Shown here: positions 31,034 to 44,000 of the stretch, piece after piece
How the letters are laid out: the number at the start of each line of letters is the position of its first letter
Numbering within the stretch: the first letter of the stretch is position 1
DNA from: Octopus vulgaris
Taxonomy: Eukaryota
Assembly (NCBI GenBank): GCA_951406725.2
Contig: OX597818.1
Coordinates: 64,418,001-64,482,000, forward strand
Direction: 5' to 3'
DNA: 64,000 nt
Position numbers and translations under genes: made by a program
The notes under the pieces: model-generated
What the model was told of the DNA's origin: nothing
The model's input: only the letters and a program-made list of their open reading frames with translations
The model's database searches: none

Positions 31034-32659
31034 ATATATGCATCTTAGAGAAGATAATAGCAATTTCCTTCTTAATTTTTGATTCTGTGTTTGTAACTTA
31101 AACGTCTATGTTTAAATAGAGACCAAAATAAGCCGAGCAGTAACGAAAGTAGTTGCATATAAATAAATTTAATATATTAAATAATACTTATTTTGAAAAA
31201 TTTCCATAGTATTTAATTTTACAAATATCTTGTATTAATTTATCTTTTACCATCAAATTAATTTAAATGCAAATATGTAATTAGATTTTCTATATGCAAT
31301 TGATTTATTACATTAATTTAATGTTTGCATTAAAAAATAAACGGGATCCAATTAAACAATTTCTGTGTGAATTAAGTAAGAATCTTGTACTTCATTCTCA
31401 TTTATAAAAAGTTACGTTGAATAGATATTAATTTTTTTAAAATTTTTAGTTGTGATGTGCGTTGTTATACACACAAGCAAACGCACACACACAAACACAC
31501 ACACACACACACACATATACTACGTATATATATCTTGGAGTTTAAGTTCGAATCATTTGAGGGCTACTATCTGTTTTCTATCCCGAAAATCTCTGGATCT
31601 CATCTGATGACTATTATATACATATCCATATGCATACATGTATATGTGTGTATGTGTAAGAACGTGTGAAGCAGATAAACTCTAATTCATATTAAAATTC
31701 CTACGCACGTTTCAACATTATGTTCGATTGATTGGCGCCCTTCGTTTGATGTGAATTCTCGACAGACCGGATCCTCAAGGAACACTTTCTTGTGTTGTGT
31801 TACAAACAGCCGTATTTATAGTTGTCAGTAACTTGGACAATAAAGCAAAAATCTTGAAAATCCGTCGTTACACATTTCAAATATCTATCGAAGGGATTAA
31901 AATAAGAACTTTATTGGGAAAATTCGAGTAGCAGCACTTAAATTAACGCATTCCTCGCCAGGCCTTAAATATATCTTTATGTCAAAGAACATGTAAACGA
32001 AGTTTGAAAGAGAAACATAATATATATATATATATATTGTGAACATAAATAGCGGAGCAACTCCGTTCAAACTACACACATTTAGGTGTTTGCACACACA
32101 TACGATCAGATATGATCCTTGATCCGGCAAGTAATCTCAACGAGGCATAATGACCTTCCAATACTGAGAGTATATAAAGTCACATCAGCTAGGTTAATAG
32201 ATTCCTTGCTCCAGGCATTAATAGTTACTTTTTCCTTGAAATACTTTGTAAGAACAACGTAAATTTAGAAATACATTCGACAATTTGTTTGTGAATTGTG
32301 GTTCATTGCATAAATCTAGTACCTTTCACACAGCTCGTTTGATTCTCATATTTGGGGGTTTCTCTTTGGGGCTTTCTCTCGTATCGCCTGAACACAAGAA
32401 AGGCGCAAACTGTGTATTCGACTTTTTCGGAGCAACAATATATAGCTTGCAGCGATAGGTATTCAGAAAGAACGGGTTGTTTTACAAATAACATTACAGT
32501 GCATAGTTTTACCTCCAAAAATTGGTGGCAAATTAATCGGGTCGTTGACTAAAATGTTAGAGTCCATGTACGAGTATGATGCTTAAAACGTTTAGGTATG
32601 TTATGTTTTTGGTATATTCAGAGTTTTGGCTTAAAATCTCGACAACTCTTCACATGAGA

Positions 32660-33050
32660 ATTCCAAGAGAGATGGACAAAATACTGACTAGGGACCTCGA
32701 AGTACTGGCCTTGATAACATAAGTACTATGGGGCATGAAAAAAGTAAACTTGACACAAGTGTTAATTGGAGCTTTAGGAGCTGATTCCAAGGGATTTGAA
32801 AATTATATTAAGAGTATTAGAGCTGCTGTCAAGCGGGAGGTGATCCAGATGACACCGGTTTTCGGTACAGCTCGCATTCTAAGGGAAGGATTGACACATT
32901 GAGTTACAGGTGAAGACACTACTTGAAAACATTGGTGATTCGTGATGTCTGCTTTCAGGTAAAGAATAAACAGTAATTAATTACTATCCGTGGGTCTTTT
33001 ACAATGATGATGATGATGATAATAGTAATAATAATAATAATAATAATAAT

Positions 33051-33085
<35 letters not shown>
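32660..33085 (+). mobile_element. 3' end of an R4/Dong-like non-LTR retrotransposon ending in (TAA)n
   Basis: 32726-32902 translates LWGMKKVNLTQVLIGALGADSKGFENYIKSIRAAVKREVIQMTPVFGTARILREGLTH*, resembling the R4/Dong restriction-like endonuclease C-terminus; followed by (TAA)n. Confidence 0.75.
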
Positions 33086-33086
<1 letters not shown>

Positions 33087-33144
33087 AACAACAACAACAA
33101 CAACAAATCTAATCAACAACATGTTCCTTGTAAGGGTAGTAATT

Positions 33145-33400
33145 ATTCTATCGGTTCTTTTGCCGAACCGCTACGTTACGGGGACGTAAACACACCGACA
33201 TCGGTTGACAAGTAATGATGAAGGGGCAGGCAGACACACACACATATATATATATATATATTTCCAACGGGCTTCTTCAGTTTCGTCTATCAAATCCACT
33301 CACAAAGATATGCTGCGCCCGAGTGCCACGCAGTGGGGAGCTGAGCCCCAAACAATGTTGTTCGGAAATATGCTTCTTACCACATAGTCATGCCTGCGCT
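33145..33400 (-). mobile_element. Degenerate SINE family A
   Basis: TATTCTATCGG..TTTTGCCGAACCGCTA..CAAATCCACTCACAA matches the family. Confidence 0.75.
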
Positions 33401-33409
33401 TGTATATAA

Positions 33410-33452
<43 letters not shown>

Positions 33453-33633
33453 TATTAGAGACAAAACCACTATTTTGCAAAACAAACAAGGAAAGACTTA
33501 ATCAATACATAAAATTTTAATAAATAGTCAAAAAAACCGCCACTACAATCGTTTCTTGTCTTGATCGACAATCTTATTTACAAGTCAGTTTCAAATTACT
33601 TCATAATTTGAAACTGACTTGTAAATTGGAAGT

Positions 33634-33676
33634 CCACCTGAAGATTGTCGATCAAGACAAGAAACGATTGTAGTGG
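33634..33676 (+). ncRNA. Type I hammerhead ribozyme, unit 1
   Basis: CCAC-CUGAAGA-UUGUC-GAUCAA-GACAA-GAAA-CGAUUG-UA-GUGG; all core positions and stems present. Confidence 0.85.
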
Positions 33677-33740
33677 CGGTTTTTTTACAAGTCAGTTTCA
33701 AATTACTTCATAATTTGAAACTGACTTGTAAATTGGAAGT

Positions 33741-33783
33741 CCACCTGAAGATTGTCGATCAAGACAAGAAACGATTGTAGTGG
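33741..33783 (+). ncRNA. Type I hammerhead ribozyme, unit 2
   Basis: Identical to unit 1. Confidence 0.85.
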
Positions 33784-33849
33784 CGGTTTTTTTTTACAAG
33801 TCAGTTTCAAATTACTTCATAATTTGAAACTGACTTGTAAATTGGAAGT

Positions 33850-33892
33850 CCACCTGAAGATTGTCGATCAAGACAAGAAACGATTGTAGTGG
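33850..33892 (+). ncRNA. Type I hammerhead ribozyme, unit 3
   Basis: Identical to unit 1. Confidence 0.85.
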
Positions 33893-34066
33893 CGGTTTTT
33901 TTGACTATTTATTAAAATTTTATGTATTGATTAAGTCTTTCCTTGTTTGTTTTGCAAAATAGTGGTTTTGTCTCTAATAATATTTTATAATATTTTACTA
34001 TAAAATTGGATTTAATCCTAAATCTGATTTTTTTTCCCTGTAAATTTGGATTTATTCCCTAATATT

Positions 34067-34136
<70 letters not shown>

Positions 34137-34604
34137 GCATACATGCATACATACGTACATACTTATTTGTGTGTGTGTGCATAATAAAGCAATGGTCCGG
34201 TGTTGCTGAAGTCCGATGCATTGCAAACGTGTTATATTATTATATGATATAGCATGATTTTGGAAGAAATGAACTGATTAGCCAAATGTTTTACGTGAAA
34301 CACATAAATAGATGCAAAGATTTGACTGGAAATGGAATTTGCTTCTTGGTGAAATGTAAATTATTGTGAAGAATGCTTCATTTGTTAAAATATTCTAGGT
34401 AATGTTTTACGAAATAATATTCTATTAGATAATACAACATATATGAAATTGAGTTTGGAATGCTAAATTAAATACATTAATATAAACACGTCATGATTTA
34501 ATGCAAAATAATTTCGTATAACTATGTGGACGTCTTTATAATTACACGCACTCACACACACAAACACACACATATACACGCACACACGCATATATATATA
34601 TATA

Positions 34605-34815
34605 ACGGGAAGCTTTATGAAAATAAACAAAAAACGAAGGCAGGTGGAATACAAACAAACAATTGTATTAGTATGACGCTCAGTAATATAAATAAAACAA
34701 GTCTTTTACGTTTCGAGCCTACGCTCTTCAAAATAAAGATACACAGAAAAGAAACACGGAGAGAAACAAGGAGAGAAAAAAAACGCGTGCAGAAGCTAGC
34801 GATTCAACATGGCGA
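34605..34815 (-). mobile_element. Family H repeat (copy 3, degenerate core)
   Basis: UGA-A-GAGC-GUAG-GCUC-GAAACGUA-AAAG at about 34703-34738; 3' end abuts (TA)n. Confidence 0.65.
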
Positions 34816-34824
34816 TTCTGGCCA

Positions 34825-34992
34825 GAAGTCCCACTGTGTGGCACCTTGGGCCAGTGTCTCCTACTATAGCCTGGAGCCGACCAAAGCCTTGTGAGTGGAT
34901 TTGTTAGACGGACACTGAAAGAAGCCCGTCGTATATATGTAGATATATATGTGTGTATTTGTGTTTGTCCCCCCAACATCGCTAGACAACAG
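34825..34992 (+). mobile_element. Partial SINE family A
   Basis: Body and start of the tail match the family. Confidence 0.8.
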
Positions 34993-35361
34993 ATATATAT
35001 ATATATACGCACACACGCCCACCCACACACACACACAAATATACACATGTATATATTGCGTTTCTCTGTTAAATATATTTCTAACACAGCAAATCCATAA
35101 GAGATGTTATCTCAAATACTTGGGTACCTGGTTATTCGTATTGTGTACATATTAATGATGACACATATGAGAAGGACAGCTCTATGAACGTGGATAATCT
35201 ATGAATGTGTGTCCCTAACTGATGCAATGTAATGTCGTACAACACCTACTCTTCCCCGAAAATGTCCATAGCTATCTTGTGTGTATTCATACAATATATA
35301 TGTGCGTGTGTGTGTGTCTGTGTCTGTGTCTGAGTGTGGGAGGGGGCGCGTGCGTGTGTTC

Positions 35362-35398
<37 letters not shown>

Positions 35399-35654
35399 AA
35401 TATAGATATATTTGTATATATATATGTGTTATATATAACTGTATGTATATGTGTTTGCGTGTGTGTGCTTAGGGATATACTATATACCTATTATATATAT
35501 ATATATGTATGCATATATATATATACACAAATATATATATTTATATATTTGTATATATACATGTATATATAAATGTATGCATGTATTTTTGAGTGTGTGA
35601 GCTTAGAGATATACGATATACCAATCAGATATATATACATATATATATATATAA

Positions 35655-36039
35655 TACGTAGGCTATGTAGTAAGTAGCTTGCTTACCAACCACATGATTT
35701 CCGATTTCAGTCCCACTGTGTGACACCTTGGGCAAGTGTCTCCTACTATAGCCTCGAGCCGACCAAAGCCTTGGGAGTGGATTTGTTAGACGGAAACTGA
35801 AAGAAGCCCGTCGTATATATGTAGATATATGTGTGTGTATTTGTGTTTGGCCCCCGAACATCGCTTGACAACAGATGGTGATGTTTATACGTCCCCTTAA
35901 CCTAGCAGTTGGGCAAAAGAAGCGATTGATTAATTACTAGGTTTACAAAGAATAAGTCCTGAGGTCGGTCTGCTCGACTAAAGGCGGTGCTCCAGCATGG
36001 CCACAATTAAATGACTGAAACAAGTAAAAGAGTAAAAGA

Positions 36040-36040
<1 letters not shown>
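35655..36040 (+). mobile_element. SINE family A
   Basis: Colinear with 4123-4615. Confidence 0.88.
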
Positions 36041-36087
<47 letters not shown>

Positions 36088-36259
36088 CAACAATTGAGGG
36101 TAAAATTAATTAATTATTAATCAATTTCACCAAGTGTTCAGTATGCAAAGGGGCCATTTAAGGCGAATTCAAATTATTACATTATATAATTATATATATA
36201 TAATTATATAATTATATATATATAATTGATCAAAATAAAAACATGATGCCAAGGATTCA

Positions 36260-36337
36260 GCGGTACATATGTTTCGGGCCTTTATTAGACAGATTTATAA
36301 CAATGCATAATGTATGTCTGTGGCCTTCTTCAGCCGC
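36260..36337 (-). ncRNA. Type I hammerhead ribozyme (left arm)
   Basis: Reverse complement of 36869-36946. Confidence 0.82.
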
Positions 36338-36868
36338 ACACAACAGCTTCCACAAGGACATGTGTTACATCAAAAATTCTTGGTTGGGGATGCAAATCCT
36401 CTCATTCGCGTACGACATAATGCGGCAACAGCATAGAATTGAAGCGTCCATCTCTTTCTTCTCTCAATGTAGAATGAGAAATTTGGATGTTGAAGTAATG
36501 TAAATAAATGAATACATATATAGACGTGAAGATGGAGGGGCGAGAATTCAGGACGAGGGATAAAATATGTATGTATAAAAAGTGTAAGTATAGAAAAATA
36601 TATATATTTTTCTATACTTACACATTTTATACATACATTTTTTATCCCTCGTCCTGAATTCTCGCCCCTCCATCTTCACGTCTATATATGTATTCATTTA
36701 TTTACATTACTTCAACATCCAAATTTCCTCATTCTACATTGAGAGAAGAAAGAGATGGACGCTTCAATTCTATGCTGTTGCCGCATTATGTCGTACGCGA
36801 ATGAGAGGATTTGCATCCCCAACCAAGAATTTTTGATGTAACACATGTCCTTGTGGAAGCTGTTGTGC

Positions 36869-36946
36869 GCGGCTGAAGAAGGCCACAGACATACATTATG
36901 CATTGTTATAAATCTGTCTAATAAAGGCCCGAAACATATGTACCGC
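36869..36946 (+). ncRNA. Type I hammerhead ribozyme (right arm)
   Basis: GCGG-CUGAAGA-AGGCC...GGCCC-GAAA-CAUAUG-UA-CCGC; palindromic stem III ACAUAUGU; GUA triplet. Confidence 0.82.
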
Positions 36947-37053
36947 TGAATCCTTGGCATCATGTTTTTATTTTGATCAATTTACTCCACCACCTACACC
37001 ACCAAACGGTATACACAGGTGCTTATAATTATCAAGTACTCACCCCGAATTTC

Positions 37054-37114
<61 letters not shown>

Positions 37115-37180
37115 ATATGTATATGATAGATAGATAAATTAGAGATTAAATAGATAGTTGAACATTGCTATCTAGATAGC

Positions 37181-37212
<32 letters not shown>

Positions 37213-38286
37213 CAGACAAACAGACAGACCGACAGAAAGACAGATAAAACGAATATTTATTACATGCAACATATTTCCGTTATATTTTGCAATGCAGTTA
37301 ATTAGAAGCAGAAATGGTTCAGTTTCTTTGTACCAAACGAAAGAACTTTGAAAAAAACATCAACATGAGTCTACCAACAAAACGTCTCTCTTTTCAATAT
37401 GTAGTTCACTCGTTACAATTTTTTTCTAAATTTTTACATATTTTACTCTCTTCGTATTTTGTTGCACTTTTCAAAATAATATGGTTGAGGAACATTTCGT
37501 AAAAAAAATATTTCAAAAATATTGAATGATCTTTAGATGGAAAAAAAATGGTTTCAATTTTCTATACATTTGTTTTGATATTGGTCTTAATACAGAACAT
37601 TGGTTGTAAACATTAAACATATTCCGATAGGAATTGTGGGAAACCGATATTTGATTCAAGACCAATAACGTTATAAAAAATCTAAATAAAATATAAACAT
37701 ATTACAATGATATATAGAAATATTTGTTTGTGCGCTTGATGTAACCTCGCCTAATTAGTATGTGAAAATAGGATTTTTTTTACTTATTATAGAAATGATA
37801 ATAAGAGGCAATATCATTTTTCTTTTTCTTATTTAATGTAAATTGAGGAAATATATGCAGATTTAGTAAACAATTGTATGGCTAGAAAGTATAAGAAAGC
37901 AAGTATAAAACACCCGTACAAACACATGAATCGCACAAATCAACACGCATATATACACGCAGTTTTATCGTAAAGTGTGTATATCTTTCAATATGTGCGT
38001 TATAATTTGTGTGTTTAAGGGAGCATTGACTAATGTTTATGGAGCATTTTATCATTATAGATTTGCGGTCTGATTTGTTTGGTCAAAGTCGTGCTTTGTT
38101 TCCTTGACGAAGGCAAAGACCTGACAGGTTACTCCAATTATCAATGCTTTAGAGATCCACTAAAATCCAATAACATTCCGTCTCCGGATATGTCTTAAAG
38201 TATGAAAATGTTAGAATTTTTCCAATTGAATTATCCACCTAAAACACTAAACGAAAGCATTGTCCTACATACCGAGTGAAAATTAA

Positions 38287-39507
38287 CACTGGGCAACAAC
38301 AAAATAATTTCATCTGGTGCCTGGAATATTTCAATGAATTCCTAAGTGATTTTTCCTGATAAATTCAAAAGTGACTTCAGTTTTATTTCTCTATCTGGTC
38401 TAGTTTTCTTACTAGAAATGTTAGAGTATTATATTCATACAAGAGGCATATAACAATGGGCAAAACATTTTGCTTTTTCTCTGGCGCCTTGAATATTTCA
38501 ACGAATTCTTAAGTGATTTTACCTGCTAAATTCAAAAATAAATCTATCAGCTCTAGTTTTCGAACTAAACGAGATGGAGTAATTATTTTATTCATACAAA
38601 AGGCATAGAGTATGAATAATTAAAGTAAGCGTGACACAAAACCAAACGAGTACAAATGAAAACTGAAAATGCACAGATTTAGCTAAGATTTTTGTCAGAA
38701 TATTCAAGGAATAAATTTGCGATTTTTTGTTCACCGTGAATATTGAGCAACAGGAGTATCTCGCTTTAAGCACCAGCAATAGTCTGCCATCATTACAGCG
38801 TCCCAACGTCCTTGGTACGGAGTTTCCATCTCCTTGATATCCTGATGGAATCGTACGAGATTTTCAGGAAAACAATCAAGATGACTAACATGATAATGCA
38901 TTTTGATGCTCATATTCGCGCCAATATCACGAAAAGTTAGAATCAAATTGGTAAAAAAGTATTTATAGTTTTCACTTTTGTTTCTCAAGGAAATTTTGCA
39001 AGATTAGGATAGACATGTGTTTGTCATTTTTTCCGGTTAAGACCCTTCAAATTTGAATTATTAAAATACCTATCGAGCACGTGATAATAGCGCTCCCGTC
39101 ATATCATTGGTATAGCAAACATCATACTTTTCCTTCTCCCTTTAGTCCATTGTCGCAAATGTTCTGTACATTATTTGCAGTCACTGTGCAGTGCCCAATT
39201 TTTATCTTGGTCTCCCAGCTTAGAGAAGTAATGCAACACTTTCTTGAAGAGGAGATCTTGTTCATTTTCAATTGCTTAGTTCACCACAACATCTAAAAAG
39301 TATGGAAACAGAAAAAAAAACTTAGAATTAGTATAAGGTAACCAACACTGCGTACTAGACGTACTCGCATAATTAGTGACTATAGGGATGTTCAATTACT
39401 TAAAAACTAGATCTGGCCAGAATGAGGGTTACATTTGGATCCTGGGGACTGACTTTGTATAGGAATGACGTCTATTTCTTAAACACCAAAAACCTTGTAG
39501 ACCAGAG
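38287..39507 (-). mobile_element. Degenerate Chapaev3-like (CMC superfamily) DNA transposon
   Basis: Ends CACTGGGCAACAA ... TTGTAGACCAGAG with TAA duplicated on both sides; about 165-bp subterminal direct duplication; transposase remnant inside. Confidence 0.72.
38731..38988 (-). pseudogene. Transposase C-terminal remnant
   Basis: GANMSIKMHYHVSHLDCFPENLVRFHQDIKEMETPYQGRWDAVMMADYCWCLKRD matches the HLDxFPENLG...ERFHQDI...ADYCW motif; the segment before RFHQDI is deleted. Confidence 0.8.
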
Positions 39508-40354
39508 TAATATTAAGCTACGTTATATTAAAATACGAGCTGCTAATAGTTGCTTGCTATTGAAACATAATTAATTAGGTTTTTATAACGTGTCTTGTGT
39601 CTCTAAAGAATCTTCAGTCATTAGACACAAGTTTTGTTCTGTTTGAAATTAGGACGCTCGTATATGAGAAACTAGGCGGGAACAAGAGAAGTTAGTTGCT
39701 AAAAGTGTGATGAAAAGACAATAGTTGCGGTAAACGAAGTAAAATTAGAATTAAGTCGCCTTTGATTGTAGAAATAAAATAACTAGTCTAGATTAATACA
39801 ATGTGGAGGGTACAAAGACTGCTAAAGATTTGCTCAATATAGAGAGAGTGGCGCAGGGACTTTCAACAAAATAACTTTGTCCATATGCTTGTATTTGTTG
39901 AACATTTCTTATCTAAATATCAGTAATGTTGTAGAATGCTTGTATAAGCAATCGCTTTTCCTAAAAAACAAAGTGCAAACTTTCATCTACGAATAAGTGG
40001 AATATCTTACATCCTTTTTATATAAGGCATAGATTTCTCCTCTAATTTCCACCAGAAAATATGTAGAGTACAGTTGGATTTCAAACTTGATACATGAATA
40101 GCTAACTTAGGGGCACTAATTTTGACAATTTGTCAGAAAGAAGTGCGGTTGTTTCCAAAACTTCTTTTAATTTGCCTTTGCCTAAAGTGATGCAACTTTT
40201 CATTTCTTATATTTTACATTGGAACATTCTTGTGACTTCTATTTCAGGGATGGTTGGGTTATATATATATTATTCAAAGGAATTCTAACTCTTTTTTTTA
40301 TGTTTTATTTATATTCATTATAATATTAATGTAGAATATGGAATATATAGTGTA

Positions 40355-40405
<51 letters not shown>

Positions 40406-40968
40406 TATACATAGTAAAATGAAATGAAGGTATTGATTGTCTTATTGAATAGATGAAATATTGAATATCAAATATTTTATATATATATATATATATATAT
40501 AAGGATATGACCGTTATTTAAAATACCGATCGTATCAAATGGCTACCATGGAAATATAAACCTCAGAGGAAACTGCAACACATAGTTTTCTTTATAAGGA
40601 ATAAACATTAATACTTATACTGGCTTGTAATCCATTTCATCATTTGAATAGTTTCAGGCTCTGCGATGGTAGAATCGTTAGCACGCGGGCAAATTAATTA
40701 ACGGCATTTCGTTTGTCTTTAAGATCGGAGTACAGATTCTCTCCTGGTGCTGTATGAATATTTGCTGTGGCTTTAGAATCAAGTTTTTACTGATATCTTA
40801 GTGAACAGCTCGCGGTCTCTAAGCGAGGAAAATATTTTGGCAAATAAAATTTAAATGTTGAAGTGAATCTAACGGTTTTTCTGTGGTTTTAAATGGCTAA
40901 TAAACAACTTCCACGCTGCAATTGTTTTTGTTTCAGCACACGATCCCAGATCAGGACACTTGCTATGC

Positions 40969-41000
<32 letters not shown>

Positions 41001-44000
41001 TACATTTCTAAATATATATGCTTATATTTGTGTTTCTCGAGGTATTAAAGGTTGATTGATTGAGACTATCTCCGTTTCTAGCTCAGCATTGTTACTTTGA
41101 GAGTAATTTTAATGGTATCTTTTTGACCTCCGAATATATTCTACTACAGAAAAATTATGCGATTATTATTTTTTTTATTTCGTTCATATCGCTTTGAAAG
41201 CCAACACTTTAGTAGCTGTCTATGTTTAAACGCAGAATGATTTGTATTTATTTGTAATAATCGTATTATATGATGTATAGATTTCACACGTAGGGTATTA
41301 ATATGCTTAGAGAGCTTATTGAAGCATAAAATGTTATATACATATCCCTCAGAACTCCCTTTTTTCATATGTGGTAATTAAACTAGAAATGTTTTGATAT
41401 CTTTACATGTGCATTGTTAATATCTCAAAGACTCGCGTTAGTAGTACCGCTTAAAATTTAAATGCAATTTTATTATTATAGATATGTTACACATAAATTT
41501 CGCCAAATACTTGATAAAATTGCATACACTGATGCGCCACTCTGTCTCTCCCTTGTATTAATACGATGCTTGTAATTATGTCTCGTGTCACTTTAATTTT
41601 CCCTTCTTAACAATAATTGCATTAATATTAAGGTTCTTCGTTAATACTTATAGATACCCAATAAGTTAATCTATGTTTTATTGTTTATTAGCGATATGTC
41701 AGAGATAATAATGAAAAAAAATTGCACTGTAATCCCTGCTTGTATATAATTCAAGTAATAACTGGAATTATGATCCTAACACGGAGCTTGTAGTTATATG
41801 GAAAATGTAAAAAATACTAAAATTCTTAGATATGACGTTCGATCACATTTTTGTGTTATTTGTAGTGAATTGAGTTCATTAATATAACAACAACTCTGCG
41901 GTGCAAAGCTAGAATAAAACATGTAATTTCCGTCACAGAAGTCTGGTCTACCATGCAATTTACGTATTTATGAGTTCAATTCAATTTTAAACGAGAGAAA
42001 TAATTTTCTGGAATTTAGCTTCCAAGCTATTCTTTGAATCTATATTTAAATATAACTGATAGTTCATCTAATGCAAATGTTTGCATGGAATTAAATAGAA
42101 ACAAAGCTACGCATTTTTTCCAGATAATACGATGGAATTGAACGTATTGATCAGGCATAGTTATTCAGTCAAATTAGTAAAGATTTATTACTTTGAATAT
42201 TATAATTCTATTTATCTAGGATTAAATATTCTAAATCGGGTTAACCTCATTCGATTGAAACATTGTCTTTTGAAATACAGATAATGAATATCTTATAATT
42301 TTTATTTAATTATCAAGCTCGATATTTTGAAAATTTTATATGTGAAATAAAATAGATAATTTTGATATCTCGTTGCAGAAATAAACCTGCGACGAAATGC
42401 AGCACTAATTATCAACGTCACATTCTAAAAAAATGTTAATAATACCTCTGCAACATTTTAATTTTTAGAGGTATTGAATATATTGTATTTCAAAAACGAT
42501 ATCGTTACATTCATAATCTGATATACAATGCATAAATGTGATGCAAATGCATGCTTAGTTAACAGACGATGTTGAAATGGTAAAACTGAGAGAGTATACA
42601 TTGTGTCAATGTCGAATAGCATAGCGTAGAGTATCTCTCAGTATGGTATATTGTGTATATAGGTTGTAGATAAGGATTGAGCAGCAGCACGTCACCAAGA
42701 GAGGTAAATCCATGCTTTTTAACGTCATCGTGAATCGCTGGACTGAGGGATCTTTTAGTTATTCCAGGCCTGATTAGTTCGGAGCAACTTAACGGATAAT
42801 GACTATGATGAAGTTTGAAACAGAATAATGAATCTCTGCTCGCGAAAATAGAGGTGTGAGGAAGTCAGTCGAGAAAAGAGAAAGAACATGGAACAGATGA
42901 TGATAGACTCTTTTATATAATATTGCATAGCCACCATAATTGGCGTAGTTTTTGACGCAACAGTTTGCGGAGTCAGAACTCAGAATATGAGTGAAAAGCA
43001 TGTGTTTTTTTCAGAATTCAGACAATCTTCCAGCTAGTTTGACTGCATAATTTCCTATCCGGATTCTGTCTGTAAGTTCCAGAAAACGTTGTCAAGTGTT
43101 GACAATTTGAGATACACACTATACTGAAGAACATGTACGAAATCATTAAGTTCTCTTTGAACAGGTGAGCATTGTTTACATGTGATCTTTGCCGAATATT
43201 ACATTCATGTTTTGGAAGAATACAGCTGTAAGACAAATCATGAAAAAGATCAGTCTGTCCATTCTCATTTTGCTGGGATGTAGATGCAGTTCCATTTTCT
43301 ATGAGGGTTTGAGTGGAAAACGCACAAATATACTGAATTAGAAAAAAATTTTGTTTGGTTTATATCGTAATTCATACTATTTTTAACTGAAGTGCTGTTT
43401 GCAAAAATTAGGATTAGAGTTTCCAACGTAAGGCATACGGAAATGAAATTGTTGCCACGCTAAATTCCTTGTAGTAATTCTCAAATGGATAATTCATAGA
43501 ACAGTCTATAAATCTTCAGGATAAATGTTCTATACTGTATTTCTATGAGGCACATTTGGTAACTTCCTCGTTCTGCCAGAATCGTAAATTTTCGAAACTT
43601 TATTTGCAACGAAATGGGAATATGCATCTTTATCATGTGTGTGTATGTGCATGCGTGTGTCTATGTGTGTGTGTGTGTGTGTGTGTGTACATATGCACAC
43701 ACAGGCACACACATATATATCCTTTAATAAGCACAATATGATTTTTATGAAACTAATAGTAACACAAAAAAACACATTGTGATTATTAAAAGGTATTGAT
43801 CTACCACCAGATGGAGTACGTTTTTGTTGATCTTACCGTTATGGAACAGTACAGTATGTGTGTGTTTGTGTGCATCTATGTGTGCGTGCGTGTGTGTGTG
43901 CTTCTGTGTGTATGTGTGTGTGTGTTTCTAAAAACACTGTGGTTGTAGTGTACTAACAATGGTATTTCTAAGACAGGAGAAAGAATCGCTATGCGGTCAG

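Larger units (their letters stand above)
33443..34069 (+). mobile_element. Fold-back element with three tandem hammerhead units, between (TA)n tracts
   Basis: 133-bp inverted arms 33443-33575 / 33857-33989; three direct units with 107/109-bp period; 80-bp unique tail then (TA)n. Confidence 0.85.
36085..37052. mobile_element. Palindromic hammerhead-bearing element between (TA)n tracts
   Basis: About 760-bp near-perfect palindrome 36224-36982 centred on (TA)4 near 36603; hammerhead in each arm. Confidence 0.85.

Noticed and set aside
33579-33900. CRISPR-like appearance (palindromic repeats at regular spacing)
   Set aside because: The intervening sequences are identical rather than unique spacers, the context is eukaryotic, and no cas genes are present.
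36243-36963. Two near-identical 83-86 aa ORFs on opposite strands
   Set aside because: A by-product of the palindrome; no recognisable domain.
40780-40968. TA-abutting segment with CTGATAT-CTTAG...CTAAG-CGAGG
   Set aside because: Both core halves are non-canonical; may be an element tail but no second copy is in the window.
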